A stretch of DNA of 64,000 nucleotides. Origin: a virus. The stretch's first letter is position 1. Every line of letters begins with the position of its first letter. The notes under the pieces were generated by a model that did no database searches, was not told the DNA's origin, and worked only from the letters and a program-made list of their open reading frames with translations. The stretch is taken from the IMG/VR virus record IMGVR_UViG_3300044641_004147, positions 1-64,000 of that record. One strand, 5' to 3'. A program made the position numbers and the translations under genes. Below, piece by piece: positions 1 through 9,032 of the stretch.

Positions 1-2
1 CC

Positions 3-860
3 GCAGTTGAAAGCAGTCAGAATCTAGTAGCACAACAAAAGTCTACTACAGATACTTTAACTGCTCAGACCATAGCCGCTGCCGAAGCAGCACAAAAACT
101 AAAAACAGCACTTGAAGAAACACTAACTCCGGCAATTGCAAAATTTGCTGATATATCTGCTGAAATGTTAAAAGCAGTACAGAAGCAACTGGCTGAGTTA
201 GGTATTGGCGGTGCCAGCGGCAAAAAAGAAGGCCCTTCTACTTGGGAAAAAATAAAATCTGCAGGTGCAGGCGCAATTAGTGGAGCCACTAGTGGAGCCA
301 TGATCGGTGGGCTTTATGCGGGCACAGTGGGTACGGCTGTTGCTCCATTAGCCGGTACAGTCGTTGGTGGATTAAGTGGCGCAACAGCCGGCGGCATTAT
401 TGGCGGCGTAACTGGTGCAATTAAAGGGTGGTTTGACGCCAAGGAAGGTAAAGCTCGCGGCGGCATTGCCGAAGGCCCTACTTCTGGGTATCTAGAAAAA
501 CTTCATGGTAACGAAGCAGTTATTCCATTGGATGGCGGAAGATCTGTGCCAGTAAGTTTAGATTTAAATGGCATCGGCAAAAGTCTAGCCGAGATGGTCA
601 GTAGTATGGCTAAGGGATCATCGAACTCTTCTGTGATGTCTAAAGATACCGATGTGTCACTTGGATCAGCATTTCCTCGACTTAATATGGCAGCTGGTAT
701 GGCAGCTGGTGCATTAGGAAACTTGTTTGGATCGGGTTCTAAGTCTACAGATTCTACAAATATAATGCAGGAGCAGATATCATTGTTAAATGAAATTAAA
801 GAAATACTTGCATCCAGTAAAGACATACAGCAACAATATGTTTACAATACATATTCTTGA
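3..860 (+). CDS. C-terminal part of a tape-measure/baseplate-hub-like protein (5' truncated by window edge)
   Basis: Frame is open from position 3 and in frame with ORF 165..860. Ala/Gln helical region, glycine-zipper segment (GAGAISGATSGAMIGG...), ARGGIAEGPxSGY..LHGNEAVIPL motif typical of phage tape-measure C-termini. Confidence 0.55.
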   Translation, partial: AVESSQNLVAQQKSTTDTLTAQTIAAAEAAQKLKTALEETLTPAIAKFADISAEMLKAVQKQLAELGIGGASGKKEGPSTWEKIKSAGAGAISGATSGAMIGGLYAGTVGTAVAPLAGTVVGGLSGATAGGIIGGVTGAIKGWFDAKEGKARGGIAEGPTSGYLEKLHGNEAVIPLDGGRSVPVSLDLNGIGKSLAEMVSSMAKGSSNSSVMSKDTDVSLGSAFPRLNMAAGMAAGALGNLFGSGSKSTDSTNIMQEQISLLNEIKEILASSKDIQQQYVYNTYS

Positions 861-861
861 T

Positions 862-867
862 TAAATA
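862..867 (+). promoter_or_regulatory. T4-like late promoter core (TAAATA) upstream of portal
   Basis: Matches core of T4 late consensus TATAAATA; the same hexamer recurs in most larger intergenic gaps of the window. Confidence 0.65.
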
Positions 868-874
868 GTAAACT

Positions 875-892
875 ATGAGTACTAAACCATGA
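875..892 (+). CDS. Putative leaderless mini-ORF MSTKP, ATGA-overlapping the portal start
   Basis: ATG AGT ACT AAA CCA TGA; ATG lies 7 nt after TAAATA; TGA overlaps portal ATG at 889; portal lacks a clear Shine-Dalgarno. Confidence 0.4.
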   Translation: MSTKP

Positions 893-2592
893 GTTGGAAA
901 AAATATTTTAGGACAGCTAACCCATCTGGCGTAGCCAGTCCCGTTGGCAGCACCAGTAACAACGGTCAGCCGGCATACCGCAACTACCAAAGCAACTTGC
1001 CTGAAATTTATCTAGGGCATCCTAATCGTACAGAAAGATATAACCAGTACGAGCAAATGGACATGGACAGTGAAGTCAATGCCGCATTGGATATTCTTGC
1101 TGAATTTAGCACACAGCCGGATAAAGAAACGCAAATGCCGTTTATGGTCCACTATAAGGATAAGCCAACGGATAGCGAAATTAAAATTGTCAAAGAACAG
1201 CTACAGCAGTGGGTAGCATTAAACGAATTTCATAAGCGCATATTCAAAGTTATGCGTAATACTTTAAAATACGGTGACCAGGTTTTTATTCGCGACCCAG
1301 AAAACTTTAAATTGTACTGGGTTGAAATGAGCAAGGTTGTAAAGTGTATTGTCAATGAAGCCGATGGCAAAAAGCCCGAGCAGTATGTAATCAAAGACTT
1401 ACAACCAAACTTTGAAAATCTAACAGCTACGGCCGTGACTACCACAGACAGTTATGCAAATCACCCACAGGTTGGTGGAGCCAGCGGTAGTTATGTACAG
1501 CCCGGGTCTCCATACTCTGGCGGCAGTAGATTTAGCCATACTCAGAACGAAAGCGTTATCAACGCCGAACACATTGTACATTTAAGTTTAACCGAAGGTT
1601 TAGATTTGTTCTGGCCGTTTGGCAACAGTGTATTAGAAAATGTATTCAAAGTATTCAAGCAAAAAGAATTGCTAGAAGATGCTATTATTATCTATCGTGT
1701 GCAGCGAGCACCAGAACGCAGAATCTTTAAAATTGATGTAGGTAACATGCCAGCACACATGGCCATGGCTTTTGTGGAGCGTATCAAGAACGAAATTGCA
1801 CAGCGCCGCATTCCTACACAGACCGGTGGCGGCACTAATATGATGGATGCCACTTATAACCCACTGAGCACCAACGAAGACTTTTTCTTTCCTGTGACCG
1901 CAGACGGTCGCGGAAGTAGTGTTGACACACTGCAAGGTGGTAGCAATCTAGGTGAGATCACAGACTTAAAGTTTTTTACTAATAAACTGTTCCGTGGTCT
2001 GCGTATTCCTAGCAGTTACCTGCCCACAGGTATGGATGATGGTTCACAGGCAGTGTCAGATGGTCGTGTTGGTACAGCACTAATTCAAGAATGGCGCTTT
2101 AACCAGTACTGCCTGCGCTTACAGCGTATGGTAGTAGACAAGCTAGATCAAGAATTTAAGATGTTCATGCGCTGGCGCGGTATTAACATTGATGGGCAGT
2201 TATTTGATCTACAGTTTAACGAGCCGCAAAACTTTGCTAACTATCGTCAAGCTGAGATCGACGGTGCTAGAATTGGTACATTTACACAGCTAGAAGCATT
2301 CCCTTACTTTAGTAAGCGTTTCCTAATGCAACGATACTTAGGTATGACTGAGCAGGAAATGAGTGAAAACGAGCGTATGTGGATGGAAGAAAAAGGCGAA
2401 TCTGAAGAAGCACCTGCAGAAGATGTGGGCCTGCGTAGTGTAGGTGTAACACCGGGCGGCTTAGATGCTGACCTAGCTTCTGCAGAGATGCCGGCACCGG
2501 AAGGTGGTGAGATGGGAGCCGAAGCTCCTCCGGCGGGCCCCGAAGGCGGTGCCCCTGGAGTCCCGGCACCAGCGGCCGCACCAGCCGTTTAA
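889..2592 (+). CDS. gp20: Portal vertex protein (T4 gp20-like)
   Basis: Motifs LLEDAIIIYRVQRAPERRIFKIDVGNMP, EDFFFP..GRGSSVDTLQGG.NLGEI.DL.FF..KLFRGLRIP; position upstream of protease/scaffold/capsid. Confidence 0.95.
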   Translation: MSWKKYFRTANPSGVASPVGSTSNNGQPAYRNYQSNLPEIYLGHPNRTERYNQYEQMDMDSEVNAALDILAEFSTQPDKETQMPFMVHYKDKPTDSEIKIVKEQLQQWVALNEFHKRIFKVMRNTLKYGDQVFIRDPENFKLYWVEMSKVVKCIVNEADGKKPEQYVIKDLQPNFENLTATAVTTTDSYANHPQVGGASGSYVQPGSPYSGGSRFSHTQNESVINAEHIVHLSLTEGLDLFWPFGNSVLENVFKVFKQKELLEDAIIIYRVQRAPERRIFKIDVGNMPAHMAMAFVERIKNEIAQRRIPTQTGGGTNMMDATYNPLSTNEDFFFPVTADGRGSSVDTLQGGSNLGEITDLKFFTNKLFRGLRIPSSYLPTGMDDGSQAVSDGRVGTALIQEWRFNQYCLRLQRMVVDKLDQEFKMFMRWRGINIDGQLFDLQFNEPQNFANYRQAEIDGARIGTFTQLEAFPYFSKRFLMQRYLGMTEQEMSENERMWMEEKGESEEAPAEDVGLRSVGVTPGGLDADLASAEMPAPEGGEMGAEAPPAGPEGGAPGVPAPAAAPAV

Positions 2593-2605
2593 TTACCGTT
2601 TGGAT

Positions 2606-2611
2606 TAAATA
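2606..2611 (+). promoter_or_regulatory. Late promoter core TAAATA; probably gives a leaderless mRNA for the 2618 ORF
   Basis: ATG 6 nt downstream, no SD. Confidence 0.6.
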
Positions 2612-2617
2612 ACATAT

Positions 2618-2845
2618 ATGTTTATAGCTGAACTTTTTGAGCCAACGCCCACTGGCTATCGTGACGAAAAAGACGACAATTCTGTACAGAAATTGTCTGA
2701 TGTGCGTAAGACTAGACTTAGTCTAGCACAGATTAACCGCTTACGAGTCATGAATGATGTTCGTAAATACGAGCACGAGAAAAAGTTAGGCAGTATCACA
2801 AAACAGTATAAACCGCCAGCAGAAGCCGCTGCTCCGGCGATGTAA
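2618..2845 (+). CDS. Small hypothetical head-module protein (75 aa)
   Basis: Clean ORF between portal and core genes; basic RKTRLSLAQINRLR motif. Confidence 0.75.
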   Translation: MFIAELFEPTPTGYRDEKDDNSVQKLSDVRKTRLSLAQINRLRVMNDVRKYEHEKKLGSITKQYKPPAEAAAPAM

Positions 2846-2873
2846 TTTCAAAAACACGCAAAAAAACACCATT

Positions 2874-2897
2874 ATAACGGTAATATTCCGTTATTTT
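2874..2897 (+). terminator. Weak intrinsic terminator-like hairpin, directly followed by late promoter TAAATA (2899-2904)
   Basis: ATAACGG-taatatt-CCGTTAT followed by T run. Confidence 0.4.
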
Positions 2898-2936
2898 GTA
2901 AATAATACACAGCGTTTATCATTTTAAGGAGTTCAC

Positions 2937-3830
2937 ATGAACAAGTATGAACAGCTAATTGAATATATTATCAATGAGCAAGAAGACAAAGCCCGCGATC
3001 TTTTCCACCAAATCGTTGTAGAAAAGAGCCGCGATATTTACGAATCCCTCATTGACGAAGAGGATTTTGATGAAGCCGCAGTTGGTGGTAATCAAGTTGA
3101 CAGCTTAGTCGATGAAATTGAAGCCGACGAGCAAGGCATGCAGGAAGCCGACGATGACCTAGGTATGGACGACATGGGCAGCGATGCCGACATGGGCGAC
3201 GACATGGGCGACATGGGCGGTGATGCAGATATGCCTGGAGATCTAGGCGGCGACATGGGCAGCGAAGGTGGTGTTGAAGGAAAAATTCAAGACCTAGAAG
3301 CTGCTCTAGACGAATTAAAAGCCGAATTTGACGCACTAATGGGCGGAGAAGAAGGTGACGATATGGGCGGCGACATGGATGACATGGGCGACGGCGAAGC
3401 CGAATTTGACATGGAAGAGCCAGCCGACGAAGGCATGGTTCGTGAGTATGTTGAAAAAGTAGGCAAAGATTGGCCCAAGGGCGAGTCCGAAGGCACAGCA
3501 GTAGGAGCCAGAGGCGAAACTACAGCTATTAACAAGCAAAGCATTGTAGCCGGCAAGAACAACATGGGTGGTACTGCTGGTAACATTGTTAAGGGTGGTA
3601 CAGAGCAAGCTGCCGATGGTAAGCCAACTCCAACACCGAGCAACCAGTACACCAAAGGCCGCGGCGATCTAAAAGGCGCTGGCAACTTTGAAAATGTACC
3701 TGGCGCTAAGACCAAAGGTTACACAACCAAAGCAACCAGCTACGAAAAGCAACACGGCAAAGAAGGTCAAACCACAGACGGTAAGATGGGTGTTGACACA
3801 AAGAGCCTAGTTGGTGGTAAAGTACGCTAA
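2937..3830 (+). CDS. Acidic prohead core/internal scaffolding protein (position of T4 gp67/gp68)
   Basis: Very D/E/M/G-rich; strong SD AAGGAG; lies between portal and protease. Confidence 0.65.
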   Translation: MNKYEQLIEYIINEQEDKARDLFHQIVVEKSRDIYESLIDEEDFDEAAVGGNQVDSLVDEIEADEQGMQEADDDLGMDDMGSDADMGDDMGDMGGDADMPGDLGGDMGSEGGVEGKIQDLEAALDELKAEFDALMGGEEGDDMGGDMDDMGDGEAEFDMEEPADEGMVREYVEKVGKDWPKGESEGTAVGARGETTAINKQSIVAGKNNMGGTAGNIVKGGTEQAADGKPTPTPSNQYTKGRGDLKGAGNFENVPGAKTKGYTTKATSYEKQHGKEGQTTDGKMGVDTKSLVGGKVR

Positions 3831-3843
3831 TTGGTAACCAGTA

Positions 3844-4482
3844 ATGGCACAGTATCTTAAAGAAAATCTTACTTTTGACCATGCCCGCATGGAAGTCATC
3901 ATGGAAGATGACGCTACGGGCAAAGGTAAGAACCTTTTCATGAAGGGTGTATTCATCGAAGGCGGAGTTCGCAATGCCAACGAGCGAGTATATCCTGTAA
4001 ACGAGATTGCTAAAGCCGTACAAACTATTAATGAACAAATCAAGGGTGGCTACAGCGTCTTAGGCGAAGTAGATCATCCTGATGATTTGAAAATTAACTT
4101 AGACCGCGTTAGCCACATGATTGAACAAATGTGGATGGACGGTCCAACCGGCCAAGGCAAGTTAAAGATTCTACCAACACCTATGGGTAAATTAGTTGAG
4201 ACTATGCTATCCAGTGGGGTTAAGTTAGGAGTGTCCAGTCGCGGTAGCGGAAACGTTAACGAAAGTAATGGACATGTTAGTGACTTTGAGATAGTCACTG
4301 TAGATGTTGTTGCACAACCCAGTGCGCCTCATGCGTATCCAACTCCGATTTACGAAGGGTTGATGAACATGCGGCACGGTCACCGGGCTCTAGAAATAGC
4401 CAAAGAGGCTCAGGAAAATCAAAAAGTGCAAAAGTATCTAAAAGAGCAAGTAACTCGCTTAATTAGAGACTTAAAATTATAA
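3844..4482 (+). CDS. gp21: Prohead core protease (T4 gp21-like)
   Basis: N.N.RVYP, LGEVDHP, KLKILPTPMG, LGVSSRGSG and D.VAQPSAP.A catalytic motifs. Confidence 0.95.
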   Translation: MAQYLKENLTFDHARMEVIMEDDATGKGKNLFMKGVFIEGGVRNANERVYPVNEIAKAVQTINEQIKGGYSVLGEVDHPDDLKINLDRVSHMIEQMWMDGPTGQGKLKILPTPMGKLVETMLSSGVKLGVSSRGSGNVNESNGHVSDFEIVTVDVVAQPSAPHAYPTPIYEGLMNMRHGHRALEIAKEAQENQKVQKYLKEQVTRLIRDLKL

Positions 4483-4494
4483 AGGGGAAAACCA

Positions 4495-5589
4495 ATGTTT
4501 GATGCTATCAAGCCATTATTGGATAGCGGCATCATTAACGAAGAAACTCGTAATGCCATTAACGAAGCCTGGGAAACCAAGTTAGTTGAGGCTCGCGAGC
4601 AAGTTCGTGCAGAACTTCGTGAGGAGTTTGCAGGCCGCTATGAACACGATAAAAAGGTAATGGTTGAGGCTTTAGATAAGATGGTAACAGAAAATCTTGC
4701 TGCTGAACTACAAGAGTTTGCCAGCGAGAAAAAGGCTGTTGTTGAAGATCGTGTGAAGATTCGTTCTCACATGATGGAAAGCGCCGGCCGTTTTAATGAA
4801 TTCCTGGTTAAGAAATTAGCCGAAGAAATGCAAGAGCTACGCAAGGATCGCAAGAATTATGCCGAGAACGTTGAGCGTTTAGAGCAATTTGTAATCCGTG
4901 CTCTTTCTGAAGAGATCAAGGAATTCTCACAAGACAAGCAGGCAGTAGTCGAAACTAAGGTTCGTCTAGTTGCCAATGCTAAGGACAAACTTGCTGAACT
5001 ACAACAGAAGTTCATCAAGCGCAGTTCTGTTCTTGTACAAGAAGCTGTTACTACCAAGCTAAAGTCGGAACTAACACAATTGAAAGAAGACATCCAATCT
5101 GCTCGCGAGAACATGTTTGGTCGTCGTATTTTTGAAGCGTTTGCCAGTGAGTTCGGTGTTACTCATCTTAATGAGAACAAAGAAATCCGCAAATTGCAAG
5201 CCAAACTGGAAGAGCAATCTGGTCTACTAGAATCTGCTCAGAAAGTTGTTGAGCAAAAGGAACAGATCGTAGAAAGCAAAGAACGCGAACTACGCATCAT
5301 CAAGGAATCAGCTGATCGCAAGGAAAAACTTGTTGAAATGTTGAAGCCATTGAATAAAGAGAAGGCCACAGTAATGCGTGAACTTCTTGAAAACGTACAG
5401 ACTGACAAACTACAGAGTGCGTTTGAAAAGTATCTACCTGCAGTCTTGAATAACAGTGTAGTTAAGAAAAGCGAAAAAGCAATTCTTAGCGAGAGCCGTG
5501 TTGAGATTACTGGAGATAAGTCTGCTAAATCCGCAGCTAAGGAAAATGACACCAATGTCATTGAACTAAAGCGTTTAGCAGGGCTATAA
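4495..5589 (+). CDS. gp22: Prohead core scaffold protein (T4 gp22-like)
   Basis: Coiled-coil, E/K-rich, GRRIFEAFASEF motif; located between protease and major capsid gene. Confidence 0.8.
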   Translation: MFDAIKPLLDSGIINEETRNAINEAWETKLVEAREQVRAELREEFAGRYEHDKKVMVEALDKMVTENLAAELQEFASEKKAVVEDRVKIRSHMMESAGRFNEFLVKKLAEEMQELRKDRKNYAENVERLEQFVIRALSEEIKEFSQDKQAVVETKVRLVANAKDKLAELQQKFIKRSSVLVQEAVTTKLKSELTQLKEDIQSARENMFGRRIFEAFASEFGVTHLNENKEIRKLQAKLEEQSGLLESAQKVVEQKEQIVESKERELRIIKESADRKEKLVEMLKPLNKEKATVMRELLENVQTDKLQSAFEKYLPAVLNNSVVKKSEKAILSESRVEITGDKSAKSAAKENDTNVIELKRLAGL

Positions 5590-5623
5590 AAAAAATAGTT
5601 TAACCTTAAAGGAAAGAAAAGAA

Positions 5624-6802
5624 ATGACACAAGAACTATTAGAAAGCCGTTGGGGCGAAACTAAAGATGCCCTGTTAGAAGGTCTACAAGGCTCTCGCCG
5701 TACCTCCATGGCTGTTGTTTTAGAGAACACACGCAAGTACCTTGCAGAAAATGCAACCGCTGGCGCTACACAAGCTGCTAACGTTGCTTCGCTTAACCGC
5801 GTAATTCTGCCAGTTATCCGTCGTGTAATGCCTACAGTTATCGCTAACGAAATCATTGGTGTTCAGCCAATGACTGGACCTGTTGCACAGATCCACACTC
5901 TACGTGTTCGTTATGCAGAAAGCATGACAGACAGCAGTGGTTATGCTACTAGCACAACCGCTGGTGACGAAGCACTAAGCCCATTCAAGATTGCTGTTGC
6001 TTACTCTGGTGATGCAGCCACTGGCCGCGCTGCTGGTACAAGCGCTCTTGAAGGCGTTCCTGGCCGCAAGATTAACGTTCAAATCGTTAAGCAAGTTGTT
6101 GAAGCCAAGACCCGTAAGATGAGTGCTCGTTGGACATTCGAAGCCGCTCAAGACGCACAAGCCATGCACGGTTTGGATGTCGAGGCTGAGATCATGGCCG
6201 CTCTAGCACAAGAAATCACAGTTGAAATTGATCAGGAAATCCTAGGCTCGTTACGTGCTCTAGCTGCTACTGAAGCCACTTTCAACCAAGCTACCGTATC
6301 TGGTACTGCTACATTCGTTGGTGACGAACACGCTGCTCTAGCTGTTCTAGTTAACCGTGTTGCTAACTTGATCGCTCAGCGTACACGCCGTGGTGCTGCC
6401 AACTGGGCCGTTGTAAGTCCAGCTGCTCTAACAGTACTACAGAGTGCTACAACATCTGCTTTTGCTCGTACCACAGAAGGTACTTTCGAAGCTCCTACCA
6501 ACACCAAGTTTGTTGGTACACTAAACGGCGCAATGCGTGTTTATGTTGACAGCTATGCTAGCGACAGCACACCTGTTCTAGTTGGTTATAAGGGTTCTAG
6601 CGAGGCTGATGCAGCCGCGTTCTACTGCCCATATATCCCTCTAATGAGCTCTGGCGTTGTTCTAGATCCAGCTACTTTCGAACCAGTAGTTGGTTTCATG
6701 ACTCGTTATGGTTACATTGAGTTAACCAACACAGCATCGTCTCTAGGTAACGCTGGTGACTATGTTGGCGAGATCGCTGTTCAAAACTTGAGCTTCCAGT
6801 AA
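5624..6802 (+). CDS. gp23: Major capsid protein (T4 gp23-like)
   Basis: RRVMPTVIANEIIGVQPMTGP, VEAKTRKMSARWTFEAAQD..AMHGLD.E.EI, AAFYCPYIPL, DP.TFEPVVGFMTRYG. Confidence 0.97.
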   Translation: MTQELLESRWGETKDALLEGLQGSRRTSMAVVLENTRKYLAENATAGATQAANVASLNRVILPVIRRVMPTVIANEIIGVQPMTGPVAQIHTLRVRYAESMTDSSGYATSTTAGDEALSPFKIAVAYSGDAATGRAAGTSALEGVPGRKINVQIVKQVVEAKTRKMSARWTFEAAQDAQAMHGLDVEAEIMAALAQEITVEIDQEILGSLRALAATEATFNQATVSGTATFVGDEHAALAVLVNRVANLIAQRTRRGAANWAVVSPAALTVLQSATTSAFARTTEGTFEAPTNTKFVGTLNGAMRVYVDSYASDSTPVLVGYKGSSEADAAAFYCPYIPLMSSGVVLDPATFEPVVGFMTRYGYIELTNTASSLGNAGDYVGEIAVQNLSFQ

Positions 6803-6840
6803 GCATTAGTTTATCTTACCACTTGGGATGGGAAGACACT

Positions 6841-6863
6841 AAAGGGCCGCAAGGCCCTTTTTT
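6841..6863 (+). terminator. Rho-independent terminator after capsid gene
   Basis: AAAGGGCC-GCAA-GGCCCTTT with T6 tract; GNRA tetraloop. Confidence 0.9.
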
Positions 6864-6871
6864 GTTGGCCA

Positions 6872-6877
6872 TAAGTA
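6872..6877 (+). promoter_or_regulatory. Variant late promoter (TAAGTA), 4 nt before the desaturase ATG
   Basis: One mismatch to TAAATA, just after the capsid terminator; no SD before 6882. Confidence 0.45.
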
Positions 6878-6881
6878 TTAT

Positions 6882-7586
6882 ATGATAGAAATAATTTACA
6901 CTCTAGTAGTTACACACATTACTATAATCTGCGTAACACTATTCTTGCACAGAGGGCAAGCACACAAAGGCATAGAATTTCATCCTATTGCTGGACATTT
7001 TATGCGTTTTTGGTTATGGTTGACTACAGGCATGGTTACCAAGCAATGGGTAGCAATTCATAGAAAACATCACAGACATAGCGACCAACCAGGCGATCCT
7101 CATACTCCTCATGTTTACGGTCTTTGGCGTGTGTTGTTTGGTGGCGCAGGGTTGTATCACGCAGCCAGTAAAGATACTGAAATGGTACAGCAATATGGTG
7201 TAGGCACACCCAACGACTGGGTAGAACAAAATGTTTATGCTAGACACAGTCGTATAGGTATTATGATCATGTTAGCCATTGATATTGCATTGTTTGGCTG
7301 GATTGGATTTGTTATTTGGGGGATTCAAATGATTTGGATTCCATTTTGGGCCGCTGGGGTGATTAACGGCCTAGCCCATTGGTGGGGATATCGTAATGGT
7401 GAAACTAAAGATAACAGTAGAAACATTAGTCCTTGGGGTATTATTATTGGTGGGGAATGCTTGCATAATAACCATCATTTGGATCCTGCTAACCCTAAAC
7501 TGAGTCGCCGCTGGTTTGAATTTGACATTGGTTGGATGTGGCTAACACTCTTAAGATTTTGCGGGCTGGCAAAACTTAGAACCTAA
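6882..7586 (+). CDS. Membrane-bound delta-9-type acyl-lipid/acyl-CoA desaturase (auxiliary metabolic gene)
   Basis: Three His boxes HRGQAH, HRKHH, HNNHH; DPHTP; GYRN; WFEFDIGW; hydrophobic segments. Confidence 0.93.
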   Translation: MIEIIYTLVVTHITIICVTLFLHRGQAHKGIEFHPIAGHFMRFWLWLTTGMVTKQWVAIHRKHHRHSDQPGDPHTPHVYGLWRVLFGGAGLYHAASKDTEMVQQYGVGTPNDWVEQNVYARHSRIGIMIMLAIDIALFGWIGFVIWGIQMIWIPFWAAGVINGLAHWWGYRNGETKDNSRNISPWGIIIGGECLHNNHHLDPANPKLSRRWFEFDIGWMWLTLLRFCGLAKLRT

Positions 7587-7664
7587 TAAATATATAGTTC
7601 ACTCAAAAGAGTTTATGCGGTACCCACCGCGTAGGCCTAGAACGCTAACCAAGGAGAAAAACAA
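7587..7664 (+). promoter_or_regulatory. Late promoter TAAATA (7587-7592) plus structured 5' leader and SD AAGGAG
   Basis: Stem GTTTATGCGGT/ACCGCGTAGGC (7611-7636) with ACCC loop. Confidence 0.55.
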
Positions 7665-8054
7665 ATGGGACGCCCTTTAAATAAAAGAAATTTTGGCGCA
7701 AATGCCGCCAGCAATCTTCGTGTTCGTTTTCACAACGGCACAGCCAGTGTTGATGGAGCAATTGTAAGCCAGCGCGGTAGCAAGAAGTTTAAATGTGTAG
7801 ACAGTGCTGGTACAACAGCCGTTTGCACATTAGTCAGCGTTGCTGATGGATCACTGGCCGCCGGCGAAATGAGCATTAAAGTAGCTAACGATGCTGGCAC
7901 AGTTTTATATGTAACCAAAATTACAGCTCGTAAAGTTACAGCCAGCGACGGTAACACCTACCCATGGAACTTCAGTGCAAGTACCAGTGACGCCGCTGTA
8001 CAAGTTGAAGAAGCTGGATCGGATGCTGTATTCACAGGCAATGTAGATCTGTAA
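7665..8054 (+). CDS. Putative virion structural protein (129 aa, MGRPLNK... N-terminus)
   Basis: Own promoter, strong SD and terminator suggest high expression; beta-rich. Confidence 0.7.
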   Translation: MGRPLNKRNFGANAASNLRVRFHNGTASVDGAIVSQRGSKKFKCVDSAGTTAVCTLVSVADGSLAAGEMSIKVANDAGTVLYVTKITARKVTASDGNTYPWNFSASTSDAAVQVEEAGSDAVFTGNVDL

Positions 8055-8070
8055 TTAACTACAGACAAAC

Positions 8071-8100
8071 AAAAATAGCCGCACTAGCGGCTATTTTTTT
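8071..8100 (+). terminator. Rho-independent terminator
   Basis: AAAAATAGCCGC-acta-GCGGCTATTTTT with T7 tract. Confidence 0.9.
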
Positions 8101-8141
8101 ATCCTTTAGTTTGACATAAATATGTTTAAATAGGAACTTAA

Positions 8142-8714
8142 ATGAAAACGGTAAAACGAGTTTCCACAGATTGGGATATCTACGCTGGAAAAGTTACCAT
8201 CAACGGTAACTTAGTAGTAGTCGGTACATCCACACAAGTTGAGTCGGTGAACACTTTTGTCACAGATAGTTTTATTACATTGGCAGCTGGGCAAGGTGGT
8301 CTGGTAAATGCTGGTATTGAAATTGACAGAGGTACAAATCCTCCAGTTGGATTGCGTTGGAATGCAACTTCAGAAAAATGGCAATATACCAACGACGGTA
8401 TCCTTTGGAAAACTTTCAGCATCACAGTTGTCGAAGAAGACAAAGCTCCTAGACTGGGAGGAAATCTTTTTGTACAAGATTCCAATGGCAACGATTTTTG
8501 GATCACACACAACCCAGGCAAAGATGTAACCATTGGGCCAGTGATTAGATTACCACAGATCACCAGTGATCCGGGTCCAAAAACTGGATTCAGTACTATC
8601 TACGCAAAAGCTACCAAGGCCGGAGACACGGGATTTTATGTAGCCAATGAAAGAGTAGATAAAGCAGAATTAATTACTAAACGCAAAGCGTTTATTTTCT
8701 CAATAATATTTTAA
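8142..8714 (+). CDS. Putative virion structural protein (fibre-like)
   Basis: GNLVVVGT..V.S....V.D..ITL, AGIEIDRG, EDKAPRLGGNL motifs; preceded by TAAATA at 8117. Confidence 0.7.
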   Translation: MKTVKRVSTDWDIYAGKVTINGNLVVVGTSTQVESVNTFVTDSFITLAAGQGGLVNAGIEIDRGTNPPVGLRWNATSEKWQYTNDGILWKTFSITVVEEDKAPRLGGNLFVQDSNGNDFWITHNPGKDVTIGPVIRLPQITSDPGPKTGFSTIYAKATKAGDTGFYVANERVDKAELITKRKAFIFSIIF

Positions 8715-8722
8715 GGTATACC

Positions 8723-9031
8723 ATGGCAATCAAAAGCACAACAATTAACACAGCACTACAGCCTATATACACCAGTGTTGGCACCAATGCTGTGGTAGTA
8801 GCATATTTTTGTAACACATCAACTAACCCTGCATTGTTTAGCGTACATGCAGTACCCAATGGACAAAGTGCAGGTGGTAATAACATCATCTACAGCAATG
8901 TGAATATTACATCTGAAGACACTTATGTTATTGAAAATGAAAAACTAATCTTAGACGACGGCGACAGTTTACATGCCGTGGCTTCTGAGGATGATGTAGT
9001 CATTGTAACAGTTTGTAGCGTAGAAGTCTAA
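8723..9031 (+). CDS. Small beta-sandwich virion protein (paralogue of 20072, 28333, 34235)
   Basis: KLILDDGDSL.A C-terminal motif shared with the paralogues. Confidence 0.7.
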   Translation: MAIKSTTINTALQPIYTSVGTNAVVVAYFCNTSTNPALFSVHAVPNGQSAGGNNIIYSNVNITSEDTYVIENEKLILDDGDSLHAVASEDDVVIVTVCSVEV

Positions 9032-9032
9032 C

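Noticed and set aside
3140-3420. GACATGGGC-type short repeats
   Set aside because: They simply encode the low-complexity DMG acidic tract of the core protein.
889-6802. Introns or inteins in portal, protease or capsid genes
   Set aside because: ORFs are continuous, of expected size, and show no intein or endonuclease motifs.
8122-8133. Mini-ORF ATG TTT AAA TAG near promoter 8117
   Set aside because: The ATG overlaps the promoter hexamer so would not be transcribed from it, and its stop is not coupled to the 8142 start.
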